NCBI GenBank assembly: GCA_046080605.1
Contig: JBJTUH010000131.1
Coordinates: forward strand, 733-64,732
Source: Vampirovibrionales bacterium
GTDB lineage: Bacteria; Cyanobacteriota; Vampirovibrionia; Vampirovibrionales; JAJTHC01
DNA: 64,000 nucleotides
Reading direction: 5' to 3'
In this document: positions 11,160 through 19,555 of the stretch, piece after piece
Position numbering within the stretch: position 1 is the first letter of the stretch
Layout of the letters: each line of letters begins with the position of its first letter
Made by a program: the position numbers and the translations under genes
Notes under the pieces: model-generated
The model's database searches: none
The model's input: only the letters and a program-made list of their open reading frames with translations
Told to the model about the DNA's origin: nothing

Positions 11160-11361
11160 TCATCCTTTCTCATAAAACCATCAATTTAACACTCAACCCT
11201 TTGACAACGTGAGCCGAAAAGCAGGTCACCGCATCAAAAGACTTAAAACAAGCTAAAAAGTCATGCTGTGGTTTATTGAAAACACAGCTCACAGCTATCA
11301 TGAACGACCACTCTGTCATGCGCTTGAAATAAAGCGTAAACGTAGCACGTGGCACATTATT

Positions 11362-11392
11362 TTTAGGAAAAGGCCCTTATCCAAGGGCTAAA
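11362..11392 (-). terminator. Terminator-like hairpin inside the long metY leader
   Basis: On the minus strand, AGCCCTTggatAAGGGCc is followed by TTTTCCTAAAAA, about 210 nt upstream of the metY ATG. It could be an attenuator or riboswitch expression platform. Confidence 0.3.
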
Positions 11393-11554
11393 ACATTCGC
11401 ACGCCTGCTTGAGGAGAGAAAACAGCCATAGGTAACCCAGCCCCAAGCTGAGTAGCTTGCAACATCGCAAGAAGCAAACCATTGACATTCAAAACCATCA
11501 TACGAGACACACCCTTTTAGCACCGACACAACACTTTGTGATTCATTGCAACAA

Positions 11555-11597
11555 AGCGTACTTATAGCATACGGGGGTTTTTATTTCTGTCAAGTCA
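11555..11597 (-). promoter_or_regulatory. Candidate sigma70-type promoter for metY-metX (TTGACA-16-TATGCT on the minus strand)
   Basis: On the minus strand, TTGACAgaaataaaaacccccgTATGCT lies just 3' of the ABC gene stop. It would give a ~400-nt 5' leader for metY. Confidence 0.3.
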
Positions 11598-11615
11598 TTC
11601 TTCAACCTTCCTGTC

Positions 11616-13577
11616 TCATGACCGTGAATCAGAACCCAAGGCACCAGAAGAAGCAATAGTGTAAAGCCTATGATAAACGCCCTTCTTGTCCATCAGCGAG
11701 GCATGTGTCCCTTGTTCAACAACCCCACCCCCTTGCCCTTCAGGGTTATCAAATACCAGAATATGGTCTGCATGCTGAATAGTGGTCAAGCGGTGTGCAA
11801 TGACGACCACAGTACGCTCCCGAGTCAATACATGTAATGCTTCTTGTACTGCTTTTTCGGAAACATTATCTAAGGCACTCGTTGCTTCATCTAAAATGAC
11901 AATCGGACGATTCGCAAGCAAGGCACGTGCAATGGCAATGCGCTGTTTTTGTCCACCTGAAACACTGGTAGGGGTTAAAGGCGTATCAAGCGTTTGCTCC
12001 CAACTTTGCACAAGGGTATCCAACTTACACGCTCGTAACACCTCCCAAAGGGTATCATCCGAGTAAGTCGTTCCTAAAGCAAGGTTTTCACGAAGGGTCG
12101 CCTCAAATAATACATTCTCTTGAAACACATAGGCAATTTGGCTTTGCCAAGCTTCTAAACCATAGTGGGTTAATGGCATATCTCCAAGGCACACCATCCC
12201 AGAAGATGGCTCATAAAAGCGTGTTAACAGGTTGGCAAACGTCGTTTTACCACACCCTGAAGCTCCCACAAGTGCAACTGTCGTATGAGGTTGTAAGGTC
12301 AAGGTGATAGACTGAAGGGCAGCAACCTGTGCTTGAGGATACGTAAAACACACCTCCTTAAAATGAATGGGGGCTTGAGATAAATCTGGAAAAGTCGTTT
12401 CAGGAGGACACTGAGCTTCTTGCTGTAATACAGGCGAGGTGTAGTCTAAGATACGGCAGAGGCGCTCAATGGCTAGCACGGCATTATAGAACTGTGTCGA
12501 AGTATGGCTCAGCGTTTTCACTGGCGTATACAGTAGCACTATCGACCCTAAGAATGCCGAGAAATTAGGCACAGACAATTCACCTGTTTGAATGAGCTGG
12601 CTGCCAAACCATAGCACCATACCCACCCCAAGCCCTGCAAAGACATGGCTACTAGGAGTTACAAGCCCTGTAGCTTTTGCTCCTCTTAAAATTAAAGACA
12701 TCATCTTTTGAAGTGTCATGCCATATCGTGTGACGAGCCAACCTTCCAGCTGAAAGCAACGAATGAGCTTCATACCCTGCTGTAGCTCAACAAACACGTT
12801 GGTTGTATTCCCTGCGGTTTGTAAAATCTGATGCGACAGATGTTTCAAGCGCTTTCGAACATACTGCAAGGGAATGGCAACCCCCCCTAGTACAATCAGC
12901 GCCATCAAGGCTAACTTCCAAGAAATAATCACCATGATAGTGACTTGAGTGAAAGCCGTCATACCTCGAATCACGGCAAGGCGTAACTGGTCTAACAAGG
13001 TAAGACACGCCGTATCAGCATCACTATGTGCCCGATTCATCAAAATACCCGCATTGGTCGTATCAAAAAATCCTTGCTCCGCTCGTAGTAACTTCTGAAA
13101 GACATCCTGCTTTAAGTCACGTGTCACATGCTGTGCAACCCATGTATTTAAATATTGTGCCAAATAAGCCAATCCGCCTTGAAGACTCGTAAAAAGCATA
13201 ATCCCAAGAGGGATACTCCAAAGAATTGCCTTTTTATCAAGGGCAGGGAAGCTATGAGGCCAGTAGGGAATGGTCTGAAAATGGTCATTCACTAATTCAA
13301 GGTAAAGCTTCGCACCCAGAGGCATCAACCCCTCCATCGTTCCAACAAGCGTCGAGAGCAGTAACGTCAACAGTGCAACTTTAAGATAAGGCTTATAGTA
13401 TGCAAGCATACGCTTTAATAAGACCCACTGCTCGGTCGTACGGAGTTTAGAGGTTTCTGAAAAAATAGGGTGGGATGAGTCAGGCATAAAGGTATCTGAG
13501 GTTACAGAAAAAGGTTCAAGATGGATGAGAGACGAGGAAAGAAGATAGACAGATGCCGCTGTGTACACGTAATACAT
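11616..13577 (-). CDS. ABC transporter, fused permease/ATPase exporter (MsbA/type I exporter family)
   Basis: Six-TM N-terminal domain followed by Walker A GASGCGKTT, the ABC signature VSGGQKQRIAIARAL and Walker B ILDEATSALD. Confidence 0.85.
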   Translation of the reverse strand: MYYVYTAASVYLLSSSLIHLEPFSVTSDTFMPDSSHPIFSETSKLRTTEQWVLLKRMLAYYKPYLKVALLTLLLSTLVGTMEGLMPLGAKLYLELVNDHFQTIPYWPHSFPALDKKAILWSIPLGIMLFTSLQGGLAYLAQYLNTWVAQHVTRDLKQDVFQKLLRAEQGFFDTTNAGILMNRAHSDADTACLTLLDQLRLAVIRGMTAFTQVTIMVIISWKLALMALIVLGGVAIPLQYVRKRLKHLSHQILQTAGNTTNVFVELQQGMKLIRCFQLEGWLVTRYGMTLQKMMSLILRGAKATGLVTPSSHVFAGLGVGMVLWFGSQLIQTGELSVPNFSAFLGSIVLLYTPVKTLSHTSTQFYNAVLAIERLCRILDYTSPVLQQEAQCPPETTFPDLSQAPIHFKEVCFTYPQAQVAALQSITLTLQPHTTVALVGASGCGKTTFANLLTRFYEPSSGMVCLGDMPLTHYGLEAWQSQIAYVFQENVLFEATLRENLALGTTYSDDTLWEVLRACKLDTLVQSWEQTLDTPLTPTSVSGGQKQRIAIARALLANRPIVILDEATSALDNVSEKAVQEALHVLTRERTVVVIAHRLTTIQHADHILVFDNPEGQGGGVVEQGTHASLMDKKGVYHRLYTIASSGALGSDSRS

Positions 13578-13811
13578 AAGAAAGTCGGATAGCTGATTGA
13601 CGTTATATCAACCCATCCCGCCAAATTGGGACTTTTTCCGCAAGCGTATCTATACTACAGGGGCTATTTCCAAGAATACGCTTGGCTTGGAGACCAAAGC
13701 ATAAAGCGACACACGGGATAAACTCTAGTATCATTCTATGATACTGCAAACGCTCTTCTCAAGCACAAAGCTTTTGAGAGAAGAGCGTCACACAGTATCC
13801 TCAACGTAAGG

Positions 13812-14330
13812 TTAGCTTCTAGGGAAATGTCTCCCACGAGAAACCAATCCTAACTCATAGTAACCCACATCAAACGAGCGAATAATTTCCTGAATGACAG
13901 GGGTCACATCAAACGGTTTGCAAGAAAAAATATCAAAAAAGAAATAATCTTTTTCCGTGAAGGAATGAAACGTTAAGTGACTTTCGGCAATAATCACCAC
14001 GCCAGTAATCCCCTTATCCTCAGGTACCAAGCCACTATAAGGGAACACATAAGGTGTCGTGATTTTTGTCATACCAATGCGTTCAGGCAACTCATTTAAG
14101 AAATTAAACACATAGGCAACATCCGAGATTTTCTCTAAATTGCATTGCTGACAATCTAACATTAAATGAGGACCAAAAGGCTCTGATTGAACGGGACGGA
14201 CTTGTACAAGCTCAGAAGGAACATGCGTAGGCACAGTCAATACCCCTTCCGCTGTGGTGTCGGACATCGGGTGCATTGCCACAGGGAGGATATCCTGAGG
14301 TGCCATCGTAAGTAAAGAGGAGAACATCAT
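13812..14330 (-). CDS. Divergent S-adenosylmethionine decarboxylase-like pyruvoyl proenzyme (second tandem paralog)
   Basis: Pyruvoyl self-cleavage motif GVVIIAESHLTFHSFTEKDYFFFDIFSC; compare ESHLTIHTWPE…DLFTCG in class 1b AdoMetDC. The N-terminal AdoMetDC block GPHLMLDCQQC…FLNELPERIGMT starts about 55 codons into the ORF, so the true start is probably internal. Confidence 0.7.
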   Translation of the reverse strand: MMFSSLLTMAPQDILPVAMHPMSDTTAEGVLTVPTHVPSELVQVRPVQSEPFGPHLMLDCQQCNLEKISDVAYVFNFLNELPERIGMTKITTPYVFPYSGLVPEDKGITGVVIIAESHLTFHSFTEKDYFFFDIFSCKPFDVTPVIQEIIRSFDVGYYELGLVSRGRHFPRS

Positions 14331-14482
14331 GAGATTTCGTAAACCTTTTTAAAATTTGAGAATACAGAAAAGCAAAAAGCCTAGCGTATAAACACAGGCA
14401 ACAAAAAACAGCAGATAGACGGAGCTAAGGTGCCACTCGCTATGATGGCACGACCTTCTTAAGGCAATTACCCCATCAAAAG

Positions 14483-15079
14483 CTACCCTGAAACCACTTG
14501 AGTCTGTGCTTCTTCCAACCGTTCAAGAGAAGACTGAGAGGTTGCTACTTGTGCAATATCTGCAAAGCTCGTTGGAGAAACCCCTAAGCGTTCACGTCTC
14601 GTGATATGAGGGTTATACCCTAAATGCTCCTCAATCATGTGCTGTGCAGGAGACTGACTATCCATGACGGCAGGGAGGGGTAACAATGCTTGGGTTTTCG
14701 TATCCACAAGTCCTCGATGCAGTGCCTGATAAGCCGTTTGTTTAGCGCCAAATACCTTTTCAAGATATTCAAAGGCCACCATGGGGTCGCAAGACTCTCC
14801 GCAGGTAAACAAATCCACAGCAGCGTAACCTACTTCAGGCCACGTATGGATGGCAAGATGACTTTCTGAAATCACCACCACACCACTCACACCATACGGA
14901 TTAAATAGATGGAAGCAACTTTCCACAATAGTTGCACCACAGGCAACAGCGGCTTCCTTCATTTGTGTCTCAATCAGAGAAAGATTATTCAGAATATTGG
15001 CATTACAGCCAAAAAATTCTGCTAAAACATGACGACCTAAAAACCGAGTGCGACAAACAGAAGAAGAGAGATGGTTCAA
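14483..15079 (-). CDS. speH: S-adenosylmethionine decarboxylase proenzyme (class 1b, SpeH/SpeD-type) with ~75-aa C-terminal extension
   Basis: [13 protein letters not shown]…[52 protein letters not shown] is nearly collinear with the Thermotoga/Bacillus small AdoMetDC. Start codon is TTG. A C-terminal tail of about 75 aa lies beyond the homology. Confidence 0.85.
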   Translation of the reverse strand: MNHLSSSVCRTRFLGRHVLAEFFGCNANILNNLSLIETQMKEAAVACGATIVESCFHLFNPYGVSGVVVISESHLAIHTWPEVGYAAVDLFTCGESCDPMVAFEYLEKVFGAKQTAYQALHRGLVDTKTQALLPLPAVMDSQSPAQHMIEEHLGYNPHITRRERLGVSPTSFADIAQVATSQSSLERLEEAQTQVVSG

Positions 15080-15150
15080 CGTCCCATAGTCCTTTCAAAT
15101 AACACTTAAAACGATATCACGCTAACGAAAAGGCTCAGCCTTCAACGTTA

Positions 15151-15194
15151 AAGAAACACTGACAGAAGAAACACTGACAGAAGAAACACGACAG
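15151..15194. repeat. Tandem direct repeat (AAGAAACACTGACAG x2 plus a 14-bp partial copy)
   Basis: Read directly from the sequence. It lies 70-115 bp upstream of the AdoMetDC-1 start on the minus strand. Confidence 0.6.
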
Positions 15195-15503
15195 GCTAAA
15201 ACGCTTTGATAAAGAAGCGTAGCATCCTGAGTACACCGAAACGGAAAAATTCGTAAGAGCATAAAAAAAGTAACAGTTATCCCTTATGCCTAAGTTCCAA
15301 AAACAACATAAAAGTTTACAACAGCCTTACTGATAGCAAGCAAAGCTTTACAACATTGAGCCACTACCAGAACCACAAACATCCTGAAGCAATACACGCT
15401 TTAAACCATTTTTAATGTCTTTTTTGCTCACATCATGCGACGTGAAAAACCATTTTAAAGCGTCTAAAAAGTGCTTACTTCAAAAATACCAGTAAAGGCA
15501 TTC

Positions 15504-15553
15504 TATCAAAGGGAACAATAAAAGCAAGCATGATTTTATTGTTCCCTTTGATA
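15504..15553. repeat. 20-bp perfect inverted repeat / hairpin immediately 3' of the 15569..16117 gene
   Basis: TATCAAAGGGAACAATAAAA / loop of 10 nt / TTTTATTGTTCCCTTTGATA. Confidence 0.5.
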
Positions 15554-15568
15554 AAGGGAGGTGTTTAC

Positions 15569-16117
15569 TTAAGGACCAAACAAACTCTCTAGTACTTCTT
15601 CAGGAGTTTCCTGCCTAGGAAGCTGATTGTTTCCTGAGTGTGTCATGTACTGGGTAACATCCCATGTAGACTGAAGATGGGCTCGGTAAAGTCTTTGCCA
15701 CAGAGGGGTTGCTGTCACAACTCGGAGGGTATTAGTAGCGGCCCAAGCACAGGTCTTTTGAGCAGGGTTCCATAACAAAACCCACGGTGAAACACCATGG
15801 TGATACCCAGGGTAGCGTACCAGGCAACACGCTTGACATACCTGAGGGGTTCCCTTAGGAGACACCTGCGACTGCCACAATACCTTGCGCGGTCTCGGGC
15901 AGCTTTTACCCTCCAGCTGAAAGGGTTCTCCCGAAGGAAGCACCACCTCACAGGCAAGAGCCTCTTTCATGAATAGACCCATCAACCCAAAAACACCTAG
16001 TAACAGCATACACACGTGATACCCATGGGTGCGCTTAAACGCTTGACGGCTCATAGAAACACCTCCTTGCTCGCTTACATACGTGCTATTTCTTAGTACG
16101 CAAACCCTTACTTGCAC
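15569..16117 (-). CDS. Hypothetical small Cys-rich protein with N-terminal signal/TM segment
   Basis: ORF only. Hydrophobic stretch HVCMLLLGVFGLMGLFM, then eight or more Cys residues. No recognisable family. The real start is likely the internal Met (MSRQAF…). Confidence 0.3.
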   Translation of the reverse strand: MQVRVCVLRNSTYVSEQGGVSMSRQAFKRTHGYHVCMLLLGVFGLMGLFMKEALACEVVLPSGEPFQLEGKSCPRPRKVLWQSQVSPKGTPQVCQACCLVRYPGYHHGVSPWVLLWNPAQKTCAWAATNTLRVVTATPLWQRLYRAHLQSTWDVTQYMTHSGNNQLPRQETPEEVLESLFGP

Positions 16118-16357
16118 TCAAACTATGTTACAGCTATAGTATGATACATAGGGTGTCAGTATCCCTATTAACAACTAGCCTTTATACTATTTATAAATGA
16201 AATGCCATGTTAAGATATCTTTCTGCTAGTCTTTGTTGATAGTGCCTGATGCCCTAAACCTTTTTTGGCGTGCAGTATTGTTATTTTTCAGGGTTGGTTT
16301 TGATAGTCTTTCAAAGAAACTATCTCTGAGTAGACTCATAAGAGTGTCTCTTTATCC

Positions 16358-16573
16358 ATGAAACAAAGCATTCATCCCACCTTTTATGAACTGACTGTGA
16401 CCTGCAATAAATGTGGTTTCACTTTCGTGACAGGTTCAACCCTTCCTGAAGTTCGTGTTGACATTTGCAATAATTGTCACCCAGTCATTAACGGCTCTCA
16501 AGGTCAAGTGGTACTTGATACTGAAGGGCGTATTGACCGCTTTAAGAAAAAATTCAAAAACTTCAGTATTTAA
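16358..16573 (+). CDS. rpmE: 50S ribosomal protein L31
   Basis: MKQSIHPTFYELTVTCNKCGFTF…CNNCHPV has the C4 zinc motif typical of L31. Confidence 0.9.
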   Translation: MKQSIHPTFYELTVTCNKCGFTFVTGSTLPEVRVDICNNCHPVINGSQGQVVLDTEGRIDRFKKKFKNFSI

Positions 16574-16588
16574 GCTCTTTATAAAGAC

Positions 16589-16625
16589 AAAAGCCGTCAC
16601 ACTCATGTGACGGCTTTTGTCTTTG
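16589..16625 (+). terminator. Rho-independent terminator after rpmE
   Basis: Stem AAAGCCGTCACA/TGTGACGGCTTT, loop ctca, followed by TTTGTCTTTGG. Confidence 0.7.
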
Positions 16626-16730
16626 GTAACTTTTTTGTACACTAGAGTGATACATCAGTTACTTTCCATTTCTACCATACACACCCTCTGTGTGTAGTAT
16701 TTTTTATATCACGATAAGGACAACACACTC

Positions 16731-17870
16731 TTGATGATGATGGCTCAATCTCCTTTTGCGACCCCTACAGCCTCTGCCATGAGTCAGCTCATTGAAAAAC
16801 TCGAAGAAATCGAGGCAACTTGTGAGCAGCTTGATACGCTGTTATCACAACCCGAGGTGCTGAGTAACCCCAACCGCTTAAGGGACATCATGAAGCAACG
16901 TTCTCAGTTAGACGACACCCTTCAAGCATTCCAAGAATGGAAGCAAAACCAAGCCGACCTTGAAGATGCCACAGAGCTTTTAGGAGAACAACCCGATGCT
17001 GAAACCCGTAGCTTTCTTCAAGAAGAGATCGCCAGGCTAGAGCAATCTCAGGATAATCTCGCCGAAAAACTTCAAATTATGTTACTTCCCCGTGACCCTA
17101 ATGATGATAAAGATATTATGCTAGAGATTCGTGGGAGTGCAGGAGGAGATGAGGCCAATATCTTTGCCGCAGACCTCATGAGACTCTATCAGCGCTTTGC
17201 AAGTAACAAAGGCTGGCAAGTTGAAATTGCAAGTTTATCAGAAGGGGAACTAGGAGGCATCAGTGAAGTTGTCCTGAACATCAAGGGCAGTGATGTCTAT
17301 AGTACCCTCAAGTATGAATCTGGTGTCCATAGAGTCCAAAGAGTCCCTATTACAGAGTCTCAAGGGCGCATTCATACCTCAACGGCTACGGTAGCCGTTA
17401 TGCCTGAAGTGGAAGACGTTGAAATTGTGATTCGTCCAGAAGACATTGAGTTTCAAACCGCCCGTAGTGGTGGGGCAGGAGGACAGAACGTCAACAAGGT
17501 GGAAACCGCCGTTCGTCTCTTTCATAAACCGTCTGGTATTCAAGTTCACTGTACGCAAGAACGTAGCCAATTACAAAACCGAGAGCGTGCTTTAAAAATC
17601 CTAAAAACAAAGCTATATGATATGGAACTAGAACGCCAGCAAAAAGAAGTCTCGGATTTACGTCGTTCTCAGGTAGGGACAGGAGACCGAAGTGAACGCA
17701 TCCGAACCTATAATTTCCCTCAAGACCGCTGCACTGAACACCGTATTAGTCAAAATTTCCCGCTCACCATGATTATGAACGGTGAGCTTGACGGTATGAT
17801 TGAACAACTACGCACTGCGGATCAAATGGCAAAATTACAACAACTCACCGCGCAGGCCAGTCTTGCATAG
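16731..17870 (+). CDS. prfA: Peptide chain release factor 1
   Basis: GGQ motif in context ([19 protein letters not shown]) and the RF1 tripeptide region. Start is TTG followed by ATGATGATG. Confidence 0.95.
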   Translation: MMMMAQSPFATPTASAMSQLIEKLEEIEATCEQLDTLLSQPEVLSNPNRLRDIMKQRSQLDDTLQAFQEWKQNQADLEDATELLGEQPDAETRSFLQEEIARLEQSQDNLAEKLQIMLLPRDPNDDKDIMLEIRGSAGGDEANIFAADLMRLYQRFASNKGWQVEIASLSEGELGGISEVVLNIKGSDVYSTLKYESGVHRVQRVPITESQGRIHTSTATVAVMPEVEDVEIVIRPEDIEFQTARSGGAGGQNVNKVETAVRLFHKPSGIQVHCTQERSQLQNRERALKILKTKLYDMELERQQKEVSDLRRSQVGTGDRSERIRTYNFPQDRCTEHRISQNFPLTMIMNGELDGMIEQLRTADQMAKLQQLTAQASLA

Positions 17871-18000
17871 CCTGTTTCTACTTGGTTGCTACTTGCGAGT
17901 TTAGGGTGTCTTTGCTAAAGTAAAGGCAGTGATTTAGGCATAGTGCGTGTAATGTTCAATGCTCGGCTCTGTCATGGTCACTTCTTTTTAATTTCATCAT

Positions 18001-18073
18001 GCCGATGTAGCTCAGGTGGTAGAGCAACTGTTTCGTAAACAGTAGGTCGTAGGTTCGAGTCCTATCATCGGCA
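18001..18073 (+). tRNA. tRNA-Thr (anticodon CGU)
   Basis: Cloverleaf folded by hand: acceptor GCCGATG/CATCGGC, D-arm GCTC…GAGC, anticodon stem ACTGT/ACAGT, loop TTCGTAA, T-arm GTAGG-TTCGAGT-CCTAT. No encoded CCA. Confidence 0.9.
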
Positions 18074-18132
18074 TTTTGTTTTGGATATTTTTGGTTGCAT
18101 CCTGATAACACATCATAAGGACTTCGCTGGCA

Positions 18133-18705
18133 ATGATGGCACAAGTCACACAATGGAATAAAGATGCTCAAGCATTATTTGACTTATTAAAAACCCTCTC
18201 TTTTAAACGAGGACACTTTACGTTAGCCTCAGGACAACAAGCTTCTTTTTATATGGACTGCCGACTCACACTCATGGACGGTATGGGGAGCCTGTTGGCA
18301 GGAAAAGTGCTTTATGACAAGGTTTCTTCATTAAACCCTGATGCCATAGGAGGTGTAGTGCTTGGAGCAGCTCCTATGGTTTCCAGCGTGCTTTCTCAAA
18401 GTGCCATGGCAGGTGAGCCTCTTAAAGGATTTTTAATCCGAAAAGAAGCCAAAAAACACGGTGCGGGTAACTTGATTGAAGGACCCATTGAGCCTTGGAT
18501 GCGTGTTGTCCTTTTGGAGGATGTCGTCACAACAGGAGGAAGTACCCTCTTTGGCATCCGTGAATTACGTAAAAAATATCCTGGCATTGAAATTGCAGGT
18601 GTGATTGCCTTAGTCGACAGACAGGCAGGGGCCAAAGAAGCTTTTGAAGCTGAGGGCGTTCCCTTACATGCCCTCTACACTATTGACGCATTTCTTGCGG
18701 AATAA
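18133..18705 (+). CDS. pyrE: Orotate phosphoribosyltransferase
   Basis: PRPP-binding motif VVLLEDVVTTGGST and the OPRT N-terminal region FTLASGQQASFYMDCR. Confidence 0.9.
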   Translation: MMAQVTQWNKDAQALFDLLKTLSFKRGHFTLASGQQASFYMDCRLTLMDGMGSLLAGKVLYDKVSSLNPDAIGGVVLGAAPMVSSVLSQSAMAGEPLKGFLIRKEAKKHGAGNLIEGPIEPWMRVVLLEDVVTTGGSTLFGIRELRKKYPGIEIAGVIALVDRQAGAKEAFEAEGVPLHALYTIDAFLAE

Positions 18706-19417
18706 GATTCATCCATCCTTTTCCTAAAGATTGAAAAAAGCTGTGAGCCTCCAGAACATCGTCTGATGTAATGGGGGCATACTGCGAAAGACGTTCTTTT
18801 TCAAGCGGTGTCAACTCAGGGTCATAGAGGCGTTTCGGGTACTTGACACGCTTACGAGCTTTTTGAAGTCGTAGCATTTCAGGAGAAGGTGCTTCTTTCT
18901 TAGAAGAGGCATCACGACTTGAAACCTCCGAAGGACTTTTTTCTTCAGACTCAGCCTCTGGAAGATGAGGTGCCAATGCTTGAGCAATCAACTCACCAAA
19001 CTTTGTGGGTAGCTCTGTACGCTCGGAATCACCCGCAATCTCAGCTTGCAGCCCTTTTAATAAGGCAGCAAGTCCATCAGGAGAGTGAAGGTCTTCAGAA
19101 GACACCGTCTCAAAACTAGAAAGACCTAAGCGGTCTTTCCCTAACAACTGACTCAAATCCGTTTTATCCATTTCTAGCATCAGCGTTGCCCCGTGTTGCG
19201 GCAACGTTTCATCTTCCAACATATCCTTTAAGCTTGACGCTTTCTCTGCACTCACAACCGCAACACCCATCTGAGTATCACAGGTGGTACAATGCAGATT
19301 GACTAAATACGTGCCATGCTCTTCCTTAAGCAACTCAATGCCTTCTTTATGTAAATGGGCATCACATACCTGACACTGCATGCGTGTAAAAAATTGTTGT
19401 ATGACGCTAAAATCCAT
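18680..19417 (-). CDS. Hypothetical protein with N-terminal CxxC…CxxC zinc-ribbon
   Basis: CQVCDAHLH…CTTCDTQMG, then an acidic/Ser-rich middle. No family recognised. The 3' end overlaps pyrE by 26 bp in convergent orientation. Confidence 0.4.
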   Translation of the reverse strand: MDFSVIQQFFTRMQCQVCDAHLHKEGIELLKEEHGTYLVNLHCTTCDTQMGVAVVSAEKASSLKDMLEDETLPQHGATLMLEMDKTDLSQLLGKDRLGLSSFETVSSEDLHSPDGLAALLKGLQAEIAGDSERTELPTKFGELIAQALAPHLPEAESEEKSPSEVSSRDASSKKEAPSPEMLRLQKARKRVKYPKRLYDPELTPLEKERLSQYAPITSDDVLEAHSFFQSLGKGWMNLIPQEMRQ

Positions 19418-19555
19418 CGTGATGTAACACCTGCTCGTTCGTGTGATTGATTGTGTGTAATAAAAACACTATACCAAAAAGTCGTGACCTTATCTTAGCA
19501 TAGGTTTTGTATTCTGTACCTCTATAGAAAAGATTTAAGGTTTTTTTAAGGAGGA

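Noticed and set aside
17956-18171. 71-aa minus-strand ORF overlapping tRNA-Thr
   Set aside because: It overlaps the tRNA gene and the pyrE start, with no coding signal.
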